Source: an uncultured Clostridia bacterium
Lineage (GTDB): Bacteria; Bacillota; Clostridia; Oscillospirales; Ruminococcaceae
DNA length: 64,000 nt
Assembly (NCBI GenBank): GCA_944386475.1
Contig: CALXBH010000004.1
Coordinates: 1 to 64,000 of the forward strand
Direction: 5' to 3'
In this document: positions 55,608 to 64,000 of the stretch, piece by piece
Layout: every line of letters begins with the position of its first letter
How positions within the stretch are numbered: position 1 is the first letter of the stretch
Position numbers and translations under genes: made by a program
Notes under the pieces: model-generated
The model's input: the letters and a program-made list of their open reading frames with translations, nothing else
What the model was told of the DNA's origin: nothing
Databases searched by the model: none

Positions 55608-56363
55608 TCAGGGCTGGGGCGTCAGGGAAGAAACCACCTTTAACACCTCGTCAAACTGGTCTTCCGCCACCGGGACGTGCAACGTAAACACATAGGTGCC
55701 GGTGTTCCAGTAAAGGTGATAGGCGTTTTTGTTGTAATAATAAAAGCCGTCGGCCCCGTCAATGTCAATAGGGAGGATGTACAAGGCGTCCTCCGTGTCA
55801 ATATGCCATCGTGTGCTTGGGTTTAGCACACGCTGTTCGTAGGATATATACTGCCCGTCGTCGTTGTAATAATCGATAAACCGGTCCTGAGGAGTATCCA
55901 ATTTGGTTTCCGCGCGGTTATATCCTTCGGGGAAATAGGTGGGGACATAATACTGTTCGATTTCCTCAAGAAGAGGCTTCCCTGCATCCTCCTTGTTTTG
56001 GGAGAAAATCACTAAAGAGTACTCAGGACGGGTGGATATCGTGTATCTTAAATCGGTATTGTGCCCGGCGCTTACTCCAAACAGCGCGGTAACCGTGACC
56101 GTGGCCACCAGCGCCGCCACAGCCACCCGCCGGCCCCAGATGTGGGTCACCGGCCGGGACTGGGATTTGGCTTTGGCCTTGGGCAGATGTTTCATCATAT
56201 GCTCCATCCGGCGGTTAAAGCGCTTGGTAAAGTTGTAGGCGCGCTTTAACTCTTCTTCCTTGGGGAGGGCGGCAAGGGCTTCTTGTTCATATAATTCCAG
56301 CGCCTGGCGCAGCTTATCGGGCGGCGGCGGACTGGGGCTTTTGAAAATCTGGATCGTTGGCAT
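55608..56363 (-). CDS. Membrane-anchored putative anti-sigma factor (single TM, extracytoplasmic domain)
   Basis: Overlaps the 3' end of the upstream sigma gene. Cytoplasmic N-terminus, TM (VAVAALVATVTVTALFGV), then an extracellular domain. Start uncertain. Confidence 0.5.
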   Translation of the reverse strand: MPTIQIFKSPSPPPPDKLRQALELYEQEALAALPKEEELKRAYNFTKRFNRRMEHMMKHLPKAKAKSQSRPVTHIWGRRVAVAALVATVTVTALFGVSAGHNTDLRYTISTRPEYSLVIFSQNKEDAGKPLLEEIEQYYVPTYFPEGYNRAETKLDTPQDRFIDYYNDDGQYISYEQRVLNPSTRWHIDTEDALYILPIDIDGADGFYYYNKNAYHLYWNTGTYVFTLHVPVAEDQFDEVLKVVSSLTPQP

Positions 56364-56922
56364 GTTCGGAATCCTCCTCCTTTAAAAGTTCGATGAGCTT
56401 GAGTCTGCCGCGCTCCACTCTTTTTCTTACCGTGGGGCCGGTCAGCTTCAGCATGCTCGCGACCTCTTTATCCGAGAGGCCGTGCACAAAACGCAGCACC
56501 AGAACATCCCGATAGATTTCGGGCAGGAGCTTAATTTTCTCCACAATCACCTTAACGCTCATCCGGTCGATGACCTCCGCTTCCGGAAGAAGAGAGGCGT
56601 TGTCGGGTAAAGGGAACTCATCCTCGTCGTCAATACCGGCGGGGATTGCTTCTTTTTTACGTTCCATATACATGCGCTTTGCAACGTTTCCACTTACTAC
56701 AACCAAAAAAGCTTTGGTTTTGTGACAGAAAACGTCATCGATTTTGTACAAATGAGGAATTATTTTTAAAAAAGATTCCTGAACAGCGTCTTCCGCCATG
56801 CCGTCGTCCTTTAAAATCTGTTTTGCGGTGAAAAACATCGTACTGGCATAGGTCTCGTACAACAGGCGGAATTTTTCATTGTCCTCTTGGGATTCGGTTG
56901 GGATAGAGCAAAAAGCAAGCAC
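56314..56922 (-). CDS. RNA polymerase sigma-70 family factor (ECF-like, regions 2 and 4)
   Basis: Region 2 (DAVQESFLKII) and region 4 HTH (YRDVLVLRFVHGLSDKEVASMLKLTGPTVRKRVERGRLKL). GTG start with GGAGG 7 nt upstream. Confidence 0.75.
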   Translation of the reverse strand: MLAFCSIPTESQEDNEKFRLLYETYASTMFFTAKQILKDDGMAEDAVQESFLKIIPHLYKIDDVFCHKTKAFLVVVSGNVAKRMYMERKKEAIPAGIDDEDEFPLPDNASLLPEAEVIDRMSVKVIVEKIKLLPEIYRDVLVLRFVHGLSDKEVASMLKLTGPTVRKRVERGRLKLIELLKEEDSEHANDPDFQKPQSAAAR

Positions 56923-57016
56923 AAAGTTTCCTCCAATGTCAATTTTCTCTTTCTATGTTGTTTGGACGATGAGCTTGATTTTCTGTTATAATGGGGGATA
57001 AGGCGACACAGCCGTT

Positions 57017-57763
57017 TTACGAGGGATTGCCGTTTTCCAGAGGGATCTCCCCGGCGAAGGGATCTTCTGCTTGGGGGCCGTCCTGGGAAAGGGCGTCCGG
57101 GAGGTCTTCTTTGGGGTGGGTGCTTTTTTCAAACACCACATCCTGCTCCCGGGAGACCAGCTGTTCCAAAGGGAGAAGGGCGTCCTCAGGAGGAGACGCA
57201 GCCGGGGCAGGGGTTCTCTGCCGCCAAAGCAGCACAATACAGCCGGCCAGCAAAGCCGCCAGCACCAGATAAAACACGATCATACACACCGTGCGGTGGG
57301 CGTAGAAAAACAACAGGCAGCTCCCAATTTTGGAGGAAGAAAACACCGGCACCGACATATTTTTGATCTGGTCTTGTGTGATAAGGGAAACGGTTTCATC
57401 GCTGTCGTTTTCCATCGAAAAGGTAAAAGCCCCCTCCTCACCGGCGACGTTTACCACCCGCCGGGTCTGGGTGACAAGCTGTCCGCCCGGATATTCCAGA
57501 GTGTAGGTGATAAGCATCCCGTCTTTTACATCCTGGGGCTCGATGTTCTTGGCTAAAATAAACGAATGGTTTTTCATGGACGAGGTGATGCTGGGGTCGT
57601 CGGTCAAATACATCCGGTATCCCAAAATCACCGCGGTGCCGTGTTCCTGATTCCCGGTTGTAGCCACCAGTAAAAAAAGCACCGATCCTGCCAGCAGCAA
57701 CAGTGTCAGCAAAACCATCAAAACACATGCGGCAATGGATAAAATACGTTTAAACCTGTTCAT
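57017..57763 (-). CDS. SipW-like (archaeal/ER-type) signal peptidase I homolog with N- and C-terminal TM segments. The canonical catalytic His appears substituted.
   Basis: Topology (TM, beta-domain, TM) and blocks SSMKNHSFILAKNIEPQDVKDGMLITY...LVTQTRRVVNV align with the recalled B. subtilis SipW SGSMEP..GSLILVKEI..DVKxGDVITF...AVTHRIVDI. Ser is retained (TSSM). The His position reads TQTRR. Confidence 0.45.
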   Translation of the reverse strand: MNRFKRILSIAACVLMVLLTLLLLAGSVLFLLVATTGNQEHGTAVILGYRMYLTDDPSITSSMKNHSFILAKNIEPQDVKDGMLITYTLEYPGGQLVTQTRRVVNVAGEEGAFTFSMENDSDETVSLITQDQIKNMSVPVFSSSKIGSCLLFFYAHRTVCMIVFYLVLAALLAGCIVLLWRQRTPAPAASPPEDALLPLEQLVSREQDVVFEKSTHPKEDLPDALSQDGPQAEDPFAGEIPLENGNPS

Positions 57764-57922
57764 AGATGGATCCTTTGGGGGATCTAAGACACCTCCTGCC
57801 GGGACTTGTCCTGCGCCGAATTAACGTTTGCGCAACATTTTTATTATAACGTATTTTAAAACCCTTGACAAGGATGGGGAATGCCTCTTTCTTATACAAA
57901 AATGTGCATATAAGCTAAGGGG

Positions 57923-58441
57923 CTAAAACAGCAGCCGGACGGTCAAAGAGCTCATAAAAATCCCCACCAAATCGGCGATCAGGGCGCAGAAGATGGTATA
58001 GCGGGTGCGCTTTATGTTCACCGAGCCGTAATAGACCGCCACCGCGTAAAAAGTGGTCTCGGTGGAGCCCTGCATCACCCCGGCGATCCGGCCGATGGCG
58101 CTGTCGGGGCCATAAGCGGTCAACAGGTTTTCAAAGATCACCAGCGCCCCGCTGCCCGAGATGGGTCTAAGCAGCGCCAACGGCATCAGTTCCCCCGGGA
58201 CGCCTAAGGTGTTTGACAGGGGAGAGAGGGCGTGGGTAAGCACATCCAGCGCGCCGGAGGCCTTAAACATCCCCACAGCGGTCATCAGCCCCACCAGAGC
58301 GGGGAGGATTTTAACAGCGGAGGAAAGGCCCTCCTTGGCCCCGGCAATAAACTCATCGAACACATTGACGCCCCTGACCGCGCCGAACAACAAAATGCCG
58401 CCGATGATGACCGGCACAAAAAAGGCGGTTACCGTTTCCAT
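57923..58441 (-). CDS. spmB: Spore maturation protein B
   Basis: 172-aa nucleoside-recognition/Gate-domain membrane protein. 13-bp overlap with upstream spmA, as in the B. subtilis spmAB operon. Confidence 0.85.
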   Translation of the reverse strand: METVTAFFVPVIIGGILLFGAVRGVNVFDEFIAGAKEGLSSAVKILPALVGLMTAVGMFKASGALDVLTHALSPLSNTLGVPGELMPLALLRPISGSGALVIFENLLTAYGPDSAIGRIAGVMQGSTETTFYAVAVYYGSVNIKRTRYTIFCALIADLVGIFMSSLTVRLLF

Positions 58442-59049
58442 AGGCGTCCTCCTTTGTCCGGGCGGGTCCCATCCCCCGGGAACAGCCGCTCACAGATTTT
58501 GACCGCTAAAAGCCCGCAGCACAAAGACACCGCCGAGGTGATTAAAATGGCGGGCAGGATGTCTAAGGGCGCGGCGCTGCCGTGCTTTAGGCGCAGCGTG
58601 GCGATGGTGGTGGGAATCAGCTGCAGGGAGGCGGTGTTTAGCACCACAAAGGTAATCATATGCCGGGAGGCGGTATCACTGCCGCCGTTTTCTTTGCTGA
58701 GCTGCTGCATGGCGCGGATGCCCAAAGGGGTGGCGGCGTTGCCCAGCCCCAAAAGGTTGGCGGTAATGTTCATGGAAATAGCCTTGAGCGCCGGGGCGTC
58801 TTTGGGAAGCCCTTTAAACAGCACCCGGAGCACCGGGGAAAACAGCTTGGCAAGTCCCCGGGTGATGCCTGCCTTGTCTGCTACGTTCATCACGCCGCTC
58901 CACAGGCACATGGCCCCGGTGAGGGAGAGGACCAGTTCCACCGCCCCGGCGCAGGAGCTGATAGCCGCGTTGCTCACCTGGGGCATCCGGCCGTTTAACG
59001 CTCCAAACAGGACGGAGAGGACCACCATGCCGCAGAAAATCCATTTCAT
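58429..59049 (-). CDS. spmA: Spore maturation protein A
   Basis: 206-aa Gate-domain membrane protein (AISMNITANLLGLGNAATPLGIRAMQQL), paired with spmB. Confidence 0.85.
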   Translation of the reverse strand: MKWIFCGMVVLSVLFGALNGRMPQVSNAAISSCAGAVELVLSLTGAMCLWSGVMNVADKAGITRGLAKLFSPVLRVLFKGLPKDAPALKAISMNITANLLGLGNAATPLGIRAMQQLSKENGGSDTASRHMITFVVLNTASLQLIPTTIATLRLKHGSAAPLDILPAILITSAVSLCCGLLAVKICERLFPGDGTRPDKGGRLWKR

Positions 59050-59273
59050 TCAAAAAGCCTCCCGGGTAAAAATTGCCTGCAAACCTTTGTACAGAATATT
59101 CAAAAAAGCCCTGATCTTTCCAGTTCATAGTAATTTAACGTTAATATGGCAAAAATGTTATAAATACTGTTTGACAAAAACTCCCATATATAGTATTGTA
59201 ATAGTAGAATTCATTGGAATTCGACAGAATCAGAAATGGATCAAAAAAGGAAATGGATTAGGAGGCCTTACTC

Positions 59274-59525
59274 ATGAAATCAACAGGAATTGTACGTCAA
59301 GTGGACAACTTAGGTCGGGTGGTGCTGCCGGTAGAACTGCGCAGGCACTTTGACATCAACGAAAAGGATTCGTTGGAGATCTATGTGGATGAGGAGCACA
59401 TCATCTTAAAGAAATACGCTCCCTCCTGCATCTTCTGCAACAATGCCAGTGGAACCACCTATTTCAAAGGGAAGATTGTGTGCTCCGAGTGCATTAAAGA
59501 GCTGGAAAAACAGTTTAATGACTAA
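59274..59525 (+). CDS. AbrB/MazE/SpoVT-family DNA-binding protein with C-terminal CxxC...CxxC zinc-ribbon
   Basis: The N-terminal MKSTGIVRQVDNLGRVVLPVELRRHFDINEKDSLEIYVDEEHIILKK is a swapped-hairpin AbrB-N domain. The C-terminal CIFCNN...CSEC adds four Cys. Strong RBS GGAGG. Confidence 0.6.
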   Translation: MKSTGIVRQVDNLGRVVLPVELRRHFDINEKDSLEIYVDEEHIILKKYAPSCIFCNNASGTTYFKGKIVCSECIKELEKQFND

Positions 59526-59639
59526 CGGAATCCCTTATAAAGTAACACCCCCCTTGAGCGGAATTTTCTGCTCAAGGGGGATTTTTTGCAAAAAAGCGCG
59601 CCGGACTTTCGTTCGGCGCGCTGATCCATCTAAAAAAAT

Positions 59640-61028
59640 TTAGTTTTTGGAGCGGATGTATTCATCCATCGCCTTGGCGGCCTGTTTGCCGGCGCCCATG
59701 GCCAGGATGACGGTGGCGGCGCCGGTGACGGCGTCGCCGCCGGCGTATACCGCCGTGCGGGAGGTAAGCCCGTTTTCATCGGTGACGATGCAGCCGTGGC
59801 TGTTGACTTCCAGTCCTTCGGTGGTGTTGTGCAAAAGCGGGTTGGGGGAGGTGCCGATAGCCATAATAACGCAGTCCAAATCCACGGTGAATTCGCTGCC
59901 CTCGATCACTACCGGGCGGCGGCGGCCGGATTCATCCGGTTCGCCCAGTTCCATCTTCACACAGGTGATCCCCTTGACGAATTTATGCTCGTCGCCCAAA
60001 ATCTCGGTGGGATTGGTGAGCACATGGAACTCGATGCCCTCTTCCATGGCGTGCTCCACCTCTTCTTTACGGGCGGGCATCTCCTCCAGGGAGCGGCGGT
60101 AGATGATCGAGACTTTTTCCGCGCCCAGGCGCTTGGCGCAGCGGGCGGCGTCCATCGCCACGTTGCCGCCGCCGACCACCGCCACATGATGGGCGTGCTG
60201 GATGGGGGTTTCACTGTTATCCTGATAGGCTTTCATCAAATTGACCCGGGTTAGGAACTCGTTGGCGGAATAAACGCCCTTTAAGTTTTCGCCCGGCAGG
60301 TTCATAAACCGGGGGAGGCCTGCGCCGGAGCCCAGGTAAACCGCTTCAAAGCCGTCCGCCAAAAGCTCGTCCACCGACAAAACCTTGCCGATGACCATGT
60401 TGGTCTCCACCTTGACGCCCAGGGCTTTTAAGGTGTCGATCTCTTTTTGCACGATAGTCTTGGGAAGACGGAATTCCGGGATGCCGTATACCAAAACGCC
60501 GCCCGCCAGATGCAAAGCCTCAAAGATCGTCACGTCGTATCCCAGCTTGACAAGGTCGCCCGCGCAGGTGAGGCCGGAAGGGCCGCTGCCCACGATAGCC
60601 ACCTTGTGGCCGTTGGGAACAGGCTTTTGCGCGGGAGCCTTGGCATGGGCGTTGTGGTAGTCGGCCACAAACCGCTCCAGCCGGCCGATGGCCACCGGCT
60701 CGCCCTTGATGCCCCGAACGCATTTGGATTCGCACTGGGTCTCCTGGGGGCAGACGCGGCCGCAGATAGCGGGCAGGGAGCTTTGCCGGGTGATGATCTC
60801 GTAAGCGCCTTCATAATCCTTTTCCCGGATCTTGGCGATAAAGGCGGGAATGTCAATGGCGACAGGACATTTTCCCACACAGGGCTTGTTTTTGCAGTTT
60901 AAGCACCGGGCGGCCTCGTCCAGGGCCTGCTCCTCGGTGTAGCCCAAGGCCACTTCCTCAAAGTTGTGGTTGCGGACTTTCGGGTCCTGCACCGGCATTT
61001 CATTTTTCTTTAACGACATATTGGCCAT
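59640..61028 (-). CDS. nfnB: NADPH-dependent glutamate synthase small-subunit-like oxidoreductase (NfnB / SudA-type, FAD + 2x[4Fe-4S])
   Basis: Cys clusters CLNCKNKPCVGKCP and CGRVCP. FAD/NAD Rossmann motifs VAIVGSGPSGLTCAG and VAVVGGGNVAMDAA. Adjacent to the nfnA-type subunit. Confidence 0.85.
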   Translation of the reverse strand: MANMSLKKNEMPVQDPKVRNHNFEEVALGYTEEQALDEAARCLNCKNKPCVGKCPVAIDIPAFIAKIREKDYEGAYEIITRQSSLPAICGRVCPQETQCESKCVRGIKGEPVAIGRLERFVADYHNAHAKAPAQKPVPNGHKVAIVGSGPSGLTCAGDLVKLGYDVTIFEALHLAGGVLVYGIPEFRLPKTIVQKEIDTLKALGVKVETNMVIGKVLSVDELLADGFEAVYLGSGAGLPRFMNLPGENLKGVYSANEFLTRVNLMKAYQDNSETPIQHAHHVAVVGGGNVAMDAARCAKRLGAEKVSIIYRRSLEEMPARKEEVEHAMEEGIEFHVLTNPTEILGDEHKFVKGITCVKMELGEPDESGRRRPVVIEGSEFTVDLDCVIMAIGTSPNPLLHNTTEGLEVNSHGCIVTDENGLTSRTAVYAGGDAVTGAATVILAMGAGKQAAKAMDEYIRSKN

Positions 61029-61064
61029 TGTATATTCACCATGCTTTCTAACAGAATAAAAAGG

Positions 61065-61907
61065 TTACCGGTCAGCGCCGCGGAACAGATTGCAGGTGTC
61101 CTCGTGCTTTTTGCGCTCAAAAGGCTTATACATGGAAGCGCGCTCCATCGCCTCGTCAAAGTCCACCAGGTGGCCGTCAAAGTCGGGGCCGTCCACACAG
61201 GCGAACTTGGTTTTTCCGCCCACCGTCAGGCGGCAGCCGCCGCACATGCCGGTGCCGTCGATCATGATGGGGTTCATGCTGACGACGGTTTTGATGTTGT
61301 GCTCCTTGGTGAGGGCGCAGACAAATTTCATCATAATCAGCGGGCCGATGGCGATGACTTCGTCGTATTGCTCTCCGCTTTCAATAAGCTTTTTCAAAGC
61401 GTCGGTGACAAGGCCTTTTTCGCCGTAGCTGCCGTCGTCGCTCATCATGCACATCTTGTCGGAAACCGCTTTAAACTGGGATTCCAAAATCACCAGATCC
61501 TTGTTGCGGAAGCCGACGATGGAATGGACGGTGGCGCCCAGCTCGTGCAGTTTTTTGGCTACGGGATATGCAATAGCGCAGCCTACGCCGCCGCCTACCA
61601 CAGCGACTTTTTTCAGCCCTTCCAGATGGGAGGGGGTGCCTAAAGGCCCTACAAAGTCATGGAGGCAGTCGCCTTCTTTTAGATGGTTAAGCTCTTCGGT
61701 AGTGGCGCCGACGATCTGGAAGATGATGGTGATCGTCCCTTTTTCACGGTCATAATCGGCAATGGTTAAGGGAATACGCTCCCCGTTTTCATTGACGCGC
61801 AGAATGATAAACTGTCCCGGTTCCGCCTTTTTGGCGATTAAGGGGGCGTCGATTTCCATTAAGGTGACAGTAGGGTTTAAAGGCTGTTTTTTAAGGATCT
61901 GAAACAT
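61065..61907 (-). CDS. nfnA: Ferredoxin-NADP+ reductase-like subunit (NfnA / SudB-type, FAD + [2Fe-2S])
   Basis: The PyrK-like fold with GGVGCA and C-terminal Cys cluster GMCGGCRLTVGGKTKFACVDGP. Start at MFQILKK. The tracked ORF extends to 61988. Confidence 0.85.
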   Translation of the reverse strand: MFQILKKQPLNPTVTLMEIDAPLIAKKAEPGQFIILRVNENGERIPLTIADYDREKGTITIIFQIVGATTEELNHLKEGDCLHDFVGPLGTPSHLEGLKKVAVVGGGVGCAIAYPVAKKLHELGATVHSIVGFRNKDLVILESQFKAVSDKMCMMSDDGSYGEKGLVTDALKKLIESGEQYDEVIAIGPLIMMKFVCALTKEHNIKTVVSMNPIMIDGTGMCGGCRLTVGGKTKFACVDGPDFDGHLVDFDEAMERASMYKPFERKKHEDTCNLFRGADR

Positions 61908-62207
61908 AAAAATAACCCTTTCTTGTATGTAGTGATAAAACCGGCCGTCCCTCCGATTTTGCAAAATTGGGGATGGAAGCCTGCACAAATAGGCAGGGAC
62001 GGCTACATTTATTCCTTATTATAGCATGAAATGCCCGATGTAAAAATACAAGCTTGCAATCTTTTTTCGAATTTCGTAAAATTTACAAAATTCCGACAAA
62101 ACAAGAGCTGCAAGCTTGTATTTTTTTGTTGTGATTATGAAATGTCTTGTGCCAAAAGACCAGCTGGCAGCGGCCTTTTTCCTTGATTTTCCTAAGGAAA
62201 GGTGAGA

Positions 62208-63389
62208 CTAAAATGCAACCTTCGTACCATAGAAGGTGCATTTTAACAGCTCCGCCATCTGATCGGAAGTGATCGACCGGGGGTTAGAACCGGTGCATGC
62301 GTCCCCTACGGCCAGCTCGGCGATGTGAGGGAGCTTTTCTAAAAATTCCGCCTCGTTTACCCCAAAATCCTTCAGGGTGTGGGGAATATTCAGCTTGTCG
62401 TTATACTCGTCGATCCGCTGGCACAGCGCTTGTACCAGTTCGTCCTCGGTGGAGCCTTTCAGGCCGATGGAGCGGGCGATCTGTGCATACCGGGCTTTGG
62501 CGTCCGCTTCCTTGGCGTTATACTGGATCACATAGGGAAGATAAATGGCGTTGGCGCAGCCGTGAGGAATGTGTCCGGTGGAAAAGGCAGCGCCTGTTTT
62601 GTGAGCCATCGAGTGAACGATGCCCAAAAGCGCGTTGGAAAACGCCATCCCGGCCAGGCACTGGGCGTAGTGCATCTGCTCCCGGGCGTTTTTATCGCCG
62701 TTATAGGAATCCGGCAGGTAATCCATCACCATGTGGATTGCTTTCAGCGCCAGGGGATCGGTAAACGGGGTGTGCAGGGTGGATACATACGCTTCAATAG
62801 CATGGGTCAAAGCATCCATTCCTGTGTGAGCCGTCAGTTTTTGGGGCATGGTCTGGGCGAGCTCCGGATCCACAATCGCCACATCCGGGGTGATGTTAAA
62901 GTCGGCCAGCGGATATTTAACGCCGGTGGCATAATCGGTGATGACCGAGAAGGCCGTCACCTCGGTAGCCGTGCCGGAGGTGGAGGGAATCGCCAAAAAT
63001 TTCGCTTTTTGACGAAGGGTAGGAAATCCGAACGGTGTGATCAGATCCTCAAATTTGGTTTCAGGATATTCATAAAAGACCCACATGGCTTTGGCGGCGT
63101 CGATGGGGGAACCGCCGCCCATGGCGACAATCCAGTCCGGTTCAAATTCCCGCATCGCGGCGGCGCCTTTCATAACGGTTTCCACTGAGGGGTCGGGCTC
63201 CACGCCTTCAAAAAGCTGGGTTTCCATACCAGCTTCGTGCAGATTTTGGATTACCTTGTCCAAAAAACCAAAGCGCTTCATCGAGCCGCCGCCCACGACG
63301 ACCATCGCCTTTTTGCCGGAAAGGTTTTTCAGTTCGTCCAGCGTGCCGTTGCCGTAATAAATGTCCCGCGGCAATGTAAACCGTGCCAT
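62208..63389 (-). CDS. Iron-containing (group III) alcohol dehydrogenase
   Basis: GGGSxxD motif (VVVGGGSMKRF...GGGSPIDAAKA) and His-rich metal site (HAIEAY...HSMAHKTGAAF...HGCANAIYLP). Length of 393 aa. Confidence 0.85.
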   Translation of the reverse strand: MARFTLPRDIYYGNGTLDELKNLSGKKAMVVVGGGSMKRFGFLDKVIQNLHEAGMETQLFEGVEPDPSVETVMKGAAAMREFEPDWIVAMGGGSPIDAAKAMWVFYEYPETKFEDLITPFGFPTLRQKAKFLAIPSTSGTATEVTAFSVITDYATGVKYPLADFNITPDVAIVDPELAQTMPQKLTAHTGMDALTHAIEAYVSTLHTPFTDPLALKAIHMVMDYLPDSYNGDKNAREQMHYAQCLAGMAFSNALLGIVHSMAHKTGAAFSTGHIPHGCANAIYLPYVIQYNAKEADAKARYAQIARSIGLKGSTEDELVQALCQRIDEYNDKLNIPHTLKDFGVNEAEFLEKLPHIAELAVGDACTGSNPRSITSDQMAELLKCTFYGTKVAF

Positions 63390-63666
63390 AAAAAAGCCTC
63401 CTGTCTGTTGGTTAAAAGGAAATGAGAAACCGCCAAAAAGAGAGAGGTTGGTGAAAGGGGAAAAGAATCGTTTTTAGAAGGATAAATAGTGGGTTTAGTG
63501 GTTGGTTTTTGGCGATCTCTGTTCCTTTGTCATCATTTTAACATTGTCAAAGCAGAAAGGGTAATGTATAATTGGAATGAAAAGCTATATCGCAAAAAAC
63601 ATGGAAAAGTATGGAGGATAAACGGCTGAGGGGCTTATTAGCTGTCAGAAAGGCGGTGTTGTTTCG

Positions 63667-64000
63667 ATGAATCTGGCGCAACTGCGGTATATTGTGGAAG
63701 TGGAGAAGGCGGAATCGATTACACAAGCGGCCAAAAATTTGTTTATGGGACAGCCGAACCTGAGCAAATCCATCAAAGAGCTGGAATCCGAGATTGGATT
63801 TTCCATTTTCCGGCGCACTGCCAAGGGGGTAAAGCCTACCGAAAAAGGGGCGGAGTTTTTGGGCTATGCCAAAACGATCCTCTCCCAGCTGGACGAACTG
63901 GAATCCATGTACAAACCCCGGGGGGAAATGCCGCTGGAGATGAACGTCTGCGTTCCCAGGGCATCGTATATCTCCGCTTTGTTTGCGGATTTTATCAGCC
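63667..64000 (+). CDS. LysR family transcriptional regulator (N-terminal part; truncated by window end)
   Basis: MNLAQLRYIVEVEKAESITQAAKNLFMGQPNLSKSIKELESEIGFSIFRR is the LysR-type winged HTH. The gene continues past 64000. Confidence 0.75.
   Translation, partial: MNLAQLRYIVEVEKAESITQAAKNLFMGQPNLSKSIKELESEIGFSIFRRTAKGVKPTEKGAEFLGYAKTILSQLDELESMYKPRGEMPLEMNVCVPRASYISALFADFIS

Noticed and set aside
57017-57763. Calling 57017-57763 a sortase because sortase-type substrates are abundant in the window
   Set aside because: There is no TLxTC catalytic motif. The topology (TM, beta-domain, TM) and sequence blocks fit a SipW-type signal peptidase fold instead.

Overview
This is a GC-rich (~57-60%) chromosomal segment from a spore-forming Firmicute of class Clostridia. 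The gene content (spoIIR, dpaAB, spmAB, a SleC-type cortex lytic enzyme, NfnAB, sortase-anchored xylan-debranching enzymes) suggests an Oscillospiraceae/Ruminococcaceae-like gut anaerobe.

The first ~3 kb is the integrase-proximal end of an integrated Tn916/ICE-like element (sigma-like Orf7 homolog, small Orf8-like ORF, Xis, tyrosine integrase). It abuts an initiator tRNA-fMet gene. Integrase arm-type repeats and a duplicated 5' tRNA half lie nearby.

The remainder is core chromosome:
- ispE, an aminotransferase with an Lrp regulator, a PHP phosphoesterase
- ppx-ppk, tRNA-Lys, the nfeD-floT (flotillin) operon
- a cluster of cell-wall and cortex hydrolases (GH25 muramidase, a PG-binding protein, a SleC homolog encoded as two separate ORFs, an SH3b/C39-like peptidase)
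- a heterodimeric ABC exporter, comM, birA, two ECF sigma/anti-sigma pairs, dpaAB, a ROK regulator, spmAB, nfnAB, an Fe-ADH and a partial LysR regulator

Three giant (about 1550-1600 aa) secreted multidomain glycoside hydrolases dominate the window: an unresolved (alpha/alpha)6 enzyme, a GH115-like putative alpha-glucuronidase and a GH51 alpha-L-arabinofuranosidase. Each has a different C-terminal anchoring signal and a nearby AraC or LuxR regulator.

No CRISPR array, restriction-modification system or recognisable defence system was seen. The most unusual items are:
- the naturally split SleC (pro-domain in trans)
- a SipW-like, possibly catalytically degenerate signal peptidase co-oriented with a sigma/anti-sigma pair and a small secreted protein
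- novel tandem domains and Cys-rich repeats in the giant surface proteins
- a two-copy structured intergenic repeat
- an operon of three small uncharacterised proteins
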